42,810 bases of DNA from a virus (Duplodnaviria > Caudoviricetes): positions 1 through 42,810 of the IMG/VR virus record IMGVR_UViG_3300023173_001585; one strand, written 5' to 3'. The notes under the pieces are model-generated. The model saw nothing but the letters and a program-made list of their open reading frames with translations, did no database searches and was not told where the DNA came from. Of the stretch, positions 1-9,200 are shown piece after piece (the stretch's first letter is position 1; each line of letters starts with the position of its first letter). A program made the translations under genes and the position numbers.

Positions 1-1
1 T

Positions 2-265
2 ATTTTTCAATTTCACTGGGACTTTGGTGATACTTTTTATTTTTCTGAACTGGCCGCATATATTCATACACAGTTGAGTTCACAAATTTCAAGTGTGGTT
101 ATTGTACCAAAAGATGCTGAAGCAAAATTTGGCGATTTATTCCAAATCAAATCAGCAAGTAATGAATTATTTTTTAGTACTGCATCTGTTGATCAAGTAC
201 AAATTGTATCTGGACTTACAGGTGTAAACTTAAGATCAACTACAAGCACAGTTGGAGGTAGTTAA
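2..265 (+). CDS. C-terminal part of a baseplate wedge subunit (5' truncated by the window)
   Basis: Frame 2 is open from base 2 (..WDFGDTFYFSELAAYIHTQLSSQISSVVIVP..FGDLFQI..), so the TTG start at 74 in the track is internal. It resembles C-termini of gp6-like wedge proteins of large myoviruses (recalled). Its stop overlaps the next ATG (TAATG). Confidence 0.6.
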   Translation: MFQFHWDFGDTFYFSELAAYIHTQLSSQISSVVIVPKDAEAKFGDLFQIKSASNELFFSTASVDQVQIVSGLTGVNLRSTTSTVGGS

Positions 266-3200
266 TGTCATATCATGACAATAATGACATTGAAAGCAAT
301 GTAGAATTGTCAAATGTTCAAGTTAGCAATGCTAACGTTGAAAGCAATTCAGGCATTGTCAGTACTGATTCTACAGCATTGAGTTTTTTACCGGAAGTGT
401 TCCAGACAGAAAAGTTGAAAAACTTTTTTGACGGCACAGTTGAACAAGTTTTAAGAAAACCCAACGATGAAAAAACTACTGAATACATTGGAAGAAAAAC
501 CGACGTTTATTTTGATAGCAGTAAAGACAATTATAAAATTGAAAAAACAAAAAATCGTCAAAACTATCAATTAGAGCCCGGCATTGTTTTAAAAGATAAC
601 GATTCCGGTGAAACTACTAATGCTATATTTTATAATGAAATTTTAGATCATATTGATCATGAAAACGGAATAGTATCAAATCAAAATCGATTGTTTAATC
701 AAAAGTATTATAGTTTTTCACCACCTATTGACTATGACAAATTTGTCAATTATGACAACTACTATTGGTATCCAAGTCAAGATCTTAACGTACCATCAAT
801 TGTAGTAGACGGCACAACTGAAAACTTTACAGCAAATAACAGTCAAACCACATTCACATTAGAATCTGCTATAACAGAAACAATAATACAAAAGTTTGTT
901 GAAACAGATAAAAACAATTCTCTTAGTGATACTGCTAACATTGTTTTCAACTTATCAAATTATTTTAACAGCGACACTGATATTGTTAAATTAGACGGCA
1001 GTGTTTTTACAAGTTACACAGCCAACAATACTAACAAAACAATAACGTTCAGCACCGGTGATATTGACAGCAACAGCATAGTTGAAGTTTTTTATATTAC
1101 TGATGTTATAAAAGTAAATGGTATAACTGTTGACTACGACAACTATACTGCACTTGGTAAAACATTGGTATTATCAACTGCTTCTAGTGCCAACGATGTT
1201 GTTGAGATATCACACAATGTACGACCAGATCTAATATTAGGAAATAAAGAATATGTTTCTCCTAATAATATTAAGTTTAGTTCTGGCATGTTGATCAAAT
1301 TTAATGATGCATATCTAATTGATATACAAGGACAGTACCAATCACAAAAGTTTTTTGTTGAAGGTGTTAACAGTGCATCAGGTATTGAATTTGTTGAACT
1401 AAGCACCGAACCTGAATTGTTTTTAGCTGATGAGCTGTTACCATGGGATTCTGCTGATAGTATAGGACTAGCAGATGAAAATGGTGGGTGGGATTCTGCA
1501 AGATGGAGTTCTGTTTCTGATATTACTAATCCAGACTACATCACAATTGAAAGAGGAAGTCGAGATAATAATCCATGGAGTAGAACCAATGGTTGGATTC
1601 ACAAAGATAATTTAACAAATTACAGAACTCTACAGCAAACAGTTAACGTGTTTCATCCATGGGATGCTGTAACTGACGATATTAGAGGTTTTGATACAGG
1701 CTTCTGGGACGTTACTACTGACACACAAGAAACCACATTTCAATTAGACAACAGCAGAAAAGGTCGTAGACCAATCATTGAATTTGAAAAAAATATCAAA
1801 TTATATAATTACGGAACACAACATGCTGTTACTGTTGATGTTTTAGCAGACGACGACACTGTTGATGACATCAACGGTTCATCTACATACACTGTTGACG
1901 GTATTAACATTGAAGATGATATGCTTATCTTGTTCCGAAACAGTGATTTTGAAACAACACTTGTGCCATGGTCCGGTGATGCATACCCATGGGATCATGA
2001 CTCTGATGCAAATGTGGCAACGGGCGGTCCTACAGGTGGTGATCAAGGCTGGGATATTACCGGTGCTGATTTTGATGTATCATCATCAGTCTGGCAAGTA
2101 ACAGGACACAGCACAGGAAATATTCAATTAGTCAAATACAACAACATTGCTACAGATTTTAATATTTCAGATGGTTCAAAAATTACAGTAAGACTAGGAA
2201 CAACATATCAAGGAAAAGAATATTACTGGGACGGCTTTAGTTGGATTGAATCTCAAGCAAAAGACAGTATTAATTCTGCACCGTTGTTTGATATCTACAA
2301 CAACGCCGGCGAGCTAATCAGTGATGGTTCTCCGGAAGCTGGCAACAAAATATTTGGTTACGAAGTTGGAACAGGCAGTAACGATCCTTATCTAAAATTT
2401 CCTTTAACTTATGAAAATTACAACACAGTGGGTGATATCAAATTTAAAAATCATTTAGCTGATGCTAATTCCACACATGGTCATCTTAACTATAAAAAGT
2501 ACATTTACAAAAACAAATTGCAAGATACTTTTTACTACACTGTAATTGTGCATCCAAGTAAACGTAATACAGGAAACAAGTATTTTATTGACAACATTGA
2601 ACAACAGAATTTGGTTTTTATCAAAGGAAACAAATATGTACTTGATCTTAGCGATTCAAGTTTTTCCGCAACTGGATTTTCTGGCTTAAATCATCAATTT
2701 GCATTGTCTGAAACACCCGATGGTAGATGGAACAGTGGAACAAGATACGACACTAATGTAAAATATTTTATTGACGATGTTCAAGTGTTGCCAGCTGATT
2801 TTTATAACAGTTTTGCTAGTGCTGAAAAAAGAAGAATTGAATTTTTACCTGATCAGGAAACACCAGATCAATTGTATTATTATTGTGTTCATCATGAGAA
2901 TATGGGTGGAGAAATAAGAACTGTTGAAAACAATATCAGTTCTTTGGTTGATGCCACTGTTATTGAATATCAAAACGAATGGGTTCTTAAAAAAGAAAAA
3001 TCATATCAAAAAGTGATTCAAGAGTTTATAGTTGACAGTGAATCAAACAAAAACACATTTGTTTTAGATGCAACCATTGCCGGAGATGCAGTAGCTAAAG
3101 TATATGTCAACAACAAACAACTTGAATATAAAGTTGATTATACTATTTCAAAAAATCAAATAATAAACACAACCAATAACATAAGCGAAGGATCACATGT

Positions 3201-6200
3201 TCTTGTAAAATGGCAAACACTTGAGAATAAACAATTAAAATCAGCATATTATGAAATTCCTAAAAATCTTTCAAATAATCCACAAAACAAATCAGTAATT
3301 TCATACTCATTTAGTGATTATCTAAGTCATTTTTATTCTACAATTTCAAATCAATCAAATTTGGTAGGATTAGCTTCTGAGAATAACAGCTACAGAGACA
3401 CTCAAAAAGATATATCACAAGGTGATGTGATTCTACAACATACTGCTCCGTTAATGAAAGCCGGAGTACATGTCAACAGCTTGTCTCGTGATTTAATTAA
3501 ATCAATTAAACTTGCACAGACAGACTATACAAAATTTAAAAATCAATTTGTTACAAAAGCACAATCAATTATTGATTCGTCAGACACTTCGGTACTGACA
3601 GATAGTGAACTAGTAGACACTATTCTAAAAGAAATGAATGCTAACAAAAAAGCCACTAGCAAGTGGTCACACAGTTTAATGTTGGCATATGGTGATACCA
3701 AGCAGACACAATCAATCACAATAGATTCAACTAATAAAACATGGAACACATTTTCTCAAGGACTTCCACAAGTGTTTGTTCAAGATGCACAAGGATTCCA
3801 TCAACAATCTGGTGAACCAGGGTTGGAAATTGATTTTAGATTTGATCCTGCTACTGAAAAACAAACAAAATCTTTATACATTTATCAAAACAACAAACAG
3901 TTGTTAATGAATCATGATTACATACTTGATAATTCAAATAGCACAACAAGTATTGTTTTTATAGCAGATATTAGACCTGACATTGGCGATGTAATTCGTA
4001 TTGAATATTTTGCAGACAAACAACCAGCATGGATTCCAGCCACTCCGGCAAAACTTGGTATGACTGGTTTGTACAAACCAGAACAAACTGTAGATAATGG
4101 TCATGCTGAAACTACATTTTATTTTATCCAAGGCCATGACGGTAGTTTAACTTTGAACTATGGAAACGACATTGATAGAGCATTATTAGAACTAGAAAAA
4201 AGAATATACAATGATTGTGAAAACAAATTTATTGATCCAGATTATGTTCCTGCTCTTTCATATCAAACACTAGTCAGCAACTATTTCAATAAAAAAGATT
4301 ATTCTTACAAAGATTATACAAATATCATAAGATCACAAATGCATTCATGGTTTGTTTTCAATAAAGTTGATTGGGAACTAAATGATTCTACAAACAACAA
4401 TTGGAGAGCATGGAACTGGAGCTCTGTAGCAAACTTAGAAGGTGATAGAACACCCGGTCATTGGAGAGGAATTTTTAAAAAGTTTTATGGCACAGAAAAA
4501 CCTCACACTCACCCATGGGAAATGTTAGGATTCACAACAAAACCTCTTTGGTGGGATAGAAACTACAGCTGGACTAGTTTTACAAAAAGACAAAAATTAA
4601 TCAACGATATTGAAAACGGTATAATCATTGCTGGCGAAAGAGAAAACCTTTCTGACTTATCATACACAGACAAAAACAATCCGTACAGACATGAAAACTT
4701 TTCATCTTTTGTTCCTGTAGATATTAGTGGTAATGTTTTAAACCCATGGGCAATTGGTTTATGTAATAAATTACCACAAGGTACTAACACAGAACTCAGC
4801 TGGAGAATTGGAGATTTATCACCTGCAGAATTGGCTTTTTATAGAAACAGTGCATATCCGTTTGCATTGGTATCTACTATAGCATTAATGAAACCAGCAG
4901 AGTTTTTTGAATTATTTTTTGATACATTGAATTCTGCTACTGCAACAATAAACAAAAACAATGTGTATGATAAAAACACAAATTTAAGACAGTCAAACAA
5001 TGTCAAAGTTCATCGAGAACTTGATAATTCTTCAGTGGTAGTAGGAACTGGTTATCAGCAATACATTAGTGAAAACATTATCAACAACTCAAGCAACGTT
5101 GAAATAAACTACGGTAATATCATAAGAAACAGTGTACCGCAGTTGATTCACAAACAGTCCGCTTTCATTGATTTTGGTTCATACAAAGCACAAGCCGAAT
5201 CATATTCACCTACTGCTCAAAGAACCAGTGTGTTTATTCCAACCGATGATATAGATCATTTGACACATGTTAGCACACCAATACAAGGATCCAGTTATTC
5301 TGCTGTGGTCATTGAAAAAACAATACATGGTTATCGTGTCTCAGGATATGATATTGGCAAGAATTATTTTGAAAGCACAGTCAGTGACATAAATGGTTTA
5401 TCAGTTAGTGTCAATATAGGTGGTACACCAATTAACATTCCATCATACACACCAAATCAAACTGTGGCGGTAGACAGTTTTGTAAGATATGAAGGTGCTG
5501 TATATAAAGCAACTCAACCACATGTGACCGGAGATATTTTTGAACCTAAATACTATCAGTCAGTAAAAAATATTCCAATAACCGGCGGTGCTTCTGCAAC
5601 TTATTACAAACAAATCAAAAACAACAAAGTAGCCAAAATAGAGTATGGTACTGAATTTAAAACTATACAAGAAGTTTTTGATTTCTTAGTTAACTATGGT
5701 AGAAAACTAGAATCAGATGGTTGGATCTTTGACGAATATCTAAAAGAACAAAATGAAACAAGTAACTGGTTATATGCCGCTAAAGAATTTTTATTTTGGA
5801 GTTTAGGCTCCTGGAGTAATGGTAGTTTATTAACTTTATCTCCAAGTGCCAATAGAATTAAATTTAAACCCAAGTCAGGTGTAGTGTCATCAGTTGAAGA
5901 TGTGGTTGGCAACACATATTCAATACTTGACAAAAATGGAGCTCCGGTGCCAGCAGAAGATACACAGATACTAAGAGATGGATCGCAGATCACAATTAGA
6001 CACTATAACAAAACACCTCTTTACTTTGTAAACTTATATGCAAGAGAACTTGAACATATTACTGTGTTTAACAATACTACAACATTTGGAGATAAAATAT
6101 TTGATCCAATACTTGCTGTTAGACAACCTAGATTAAAACAGACACTGCTAAGAACTAAAGACTGGTACGGAAAATACGAAGCCAATGGATTCATAATTGA

Positions 6201-9200
6201 TTCAAATGCTGGAATTATCAGTAACTTTGAAACGTCAACTAGAGACATGACTAGATATCTAGATGTTGATAAACCTATCAATAACGAAATTCTAAACGAA
6301 ACAGGATTGCACACAATAGGATATCAGAATAGAGAGAATCTAAAAAATCTTGAAATTTTAGATGAAAACCAAACCAAATTTTATCAAGGCTTTATTAGAC
6401 AAAAAGGCACAGAAAACAGCATTGACAAACTGCTAAGAAGTGATGTTATCAGTGATAGACAAGACATTAACTTGTACGAATATTATGCTTTTAAGATTGC
6501 AGAATTTGGCGGCTCTGGTGTTAATCAGTCAATTGAGTTCAAACTAGATTCAACTAAAATCAAAAATAATCCACAGTTGATTTCATTCTTACCAACATCA
6601 GATTCAGTTGTAACAACAGATGTAGAAACTGATAATATTATTACCATTGATGTTGATGATACCGAAAACTGGATTAAAAAGCCAGACGGCGACAAAACAA
6701 CAACTGATTTATTTTCCGTTAGATCAGAAAAATTTGAAATGCCAACAGCGGGTTATGTGCATGTCAAAGACACAACTTATCAAGTGTTTGACAAGAGCAA
6801 TTTAAATCTGCACTACCAAACAAATGCCAACAGTAATATACAATTAGGATCAACATACTGGATTGCGTATGACAACAACAGAGACTGGAATGTGTATAGA
6901 CTCTCTAACTTGTCGCAATCAATTGACGGAATAGTATCAGCAGATCCATTAACAGTAACCGTTGATGATTCAACTGGTAACTTGATTAGCAACGTTGGCG
7001 AAACTGTAGATGTGGTTATTCCAAAACACACTGATTCAAACAGCAATGTTGTACTTGATATGGTGCACGGGTCTAAAACACTAACACTGGTAGAATCAGA
7101 TCAAACAATATCAAAAACATTCGCACTAACTGACCTGTTAGGTTCTGGAGCAGATGTTACAGCATCAGGCACAGCAGATCAAGTACAGAAATTTATAGTC
7201 AAATCTGGTGGTACAGGATATTCAGCAGGTGACACTGTAACTGTTGCAGGTTCTGGAGGATCAAGTGCTGTTGGTAATGTAGCCACTGTTGATGCCAACA
7301 CTGGTGCTATCACAAGCATAACATTATCTTCCGGAGGTGCAGGTTTTTATGCTGAACCAACAGATATATCAATACTAACAGGCAATACTGCTTCGGCGGG
7401 TGCAAATGCAGTTATTAGATTAAAAGGCAACAACCCAACTTATTACGCAGTTGGTACATTGGCAGATACCAACACATTTGTAAACGGAGAAACTGTAACT
7501 GACAATCTTGGTAACACTGCTACACTACTTAATACATTTACTGGTGCAGGAATTACTCACTTGTTATTAACTAATGAATCAGGATCATCATTTGGCACAG
7601 CAACATACATTGCAGGTGCAACAGCAAATCTTTCAACAATTTCAAACGTAACAACACTACCAAGTGCAAATATTTCTGATACAGATTATGATGATTTTGA
7701 TAAGACTTTTGGTGGATTGCTGTCACTACAAGTCAATGCAGGAGGTTCAGGATATATCAATCCAAATGTAGAATTTAACGACACTGCAAATTCAAATGTT
7801 GCCGGCGAAGTAATCACTGCAAACGGTTCAGTCACAAGTGCTTATATAACAGATCCAGGATACGGGTTCCAACAAGTGCTTGGCACAGAAGCAACACTGG
7901 CCGTAGAAGTGCTCGACAGAGTTGACAGTGCAAATGCAGTCACACTTGATTTTGATGACAAACTGATCAAGTGTTCAACTATCAGCAACATTGCAGTCAC
8001 AGTAAACAATGAGTTTGATACAACCAACAACGGTAGTGCTAGAATCAATGTCACTGACAGTGCCAATATTACCTTTGCTTCCAACATAGATTTAACTGCA
8101 AACACAGTTACTACAGCTCTGTCAAATAACTTAACAGACAGATCAACATCAAATGTACAACTAGAATTTTATTTAGATGCTGGCACATCTGCTTCAGAAG
8201 GAAATGTCACAGTATCTTTGAATTACAAAAAAATAACTTATAGTGTTGCTGATACTACAGGTAACTCTGCTACAGCAAACACAGTAGTTGACAGTTATTT
8301 CAACAGCAGTTCACATCCTTTGTATTTCTATAAAGATGTAAGATTAGCTTCAAGAAACAATGGCATAGATCAAAGCAATGTAGGATCAAATCTGTCCGCC
8401 ACAGTCAATGATTTTGTGTCTAATGTGTGTTCAGACATTACATTTATTGAAGGTGATAAAATTTGGTTAGACAATGGTGGCAATAACAACTGGTATACAT
8501 TAACAATGACATCTAATGCTAGTGTTAAAACTGCATATGACAATCTGGCAACAAATGCCAATATAGAAACAAGTATAACCGTTGGCAGTGACTATTGGAT
8601 TATCCATTCAGATGTCAATTACGATTCGATTGAATCTTCTGTGTTTGAATCAACAGCAAGAACAAACAAAAACAAATCACAGATTAACTCAAACTTATTT
8701 TACAGATCAAAAGTGGTTGATGTTGAAAACAGATCAAGACAAACTGATTTTGAAATTTGGGATCCTATTAAAAGATTATTTCCAGGTGAAGCAGAAAGAG
8801 AAATAAAATTTATCAGCTCAGTTGACCCAGCAGTTTATACTAACTCTTCAGACCCAAATAGAGATGTTGATGTCACAGCTTGGGGTCAAGAAAATGTAGG
8901 CAGAGTATGGTGGAACACATCAACTGTCAAATACCTTGAATATGAAAATTACAACTTAGATTACAAACAACAGTATTGGGGTAAAACATTCCCAGGTTCA
9001 ACATTTGGTGTTTACGAATGGACTGAAAGTACACAAACACCTGAAAAGTATACTGGTTCTGGTACACCTATCAACAACACAGACTACAGCACAGTTTCAA
9101 CTACCAACAAACAAAATATCACAACTGTAAAATACTATTTTTGGGTCAAAAACAGTGATATAGTTCCTAATGTAAATTGGAGATCACTGACAACAACAGC

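Noticed and set aside
1-22. Possible frameshift: frame 1 reads YFSIS and frame 2 continues WDFGD
   Set aside because: It lies at the window edge and rests on recalled homolog wording. Frame 2 is open anyway, and an indel or assembly error cannot be distinguished from real sequence.
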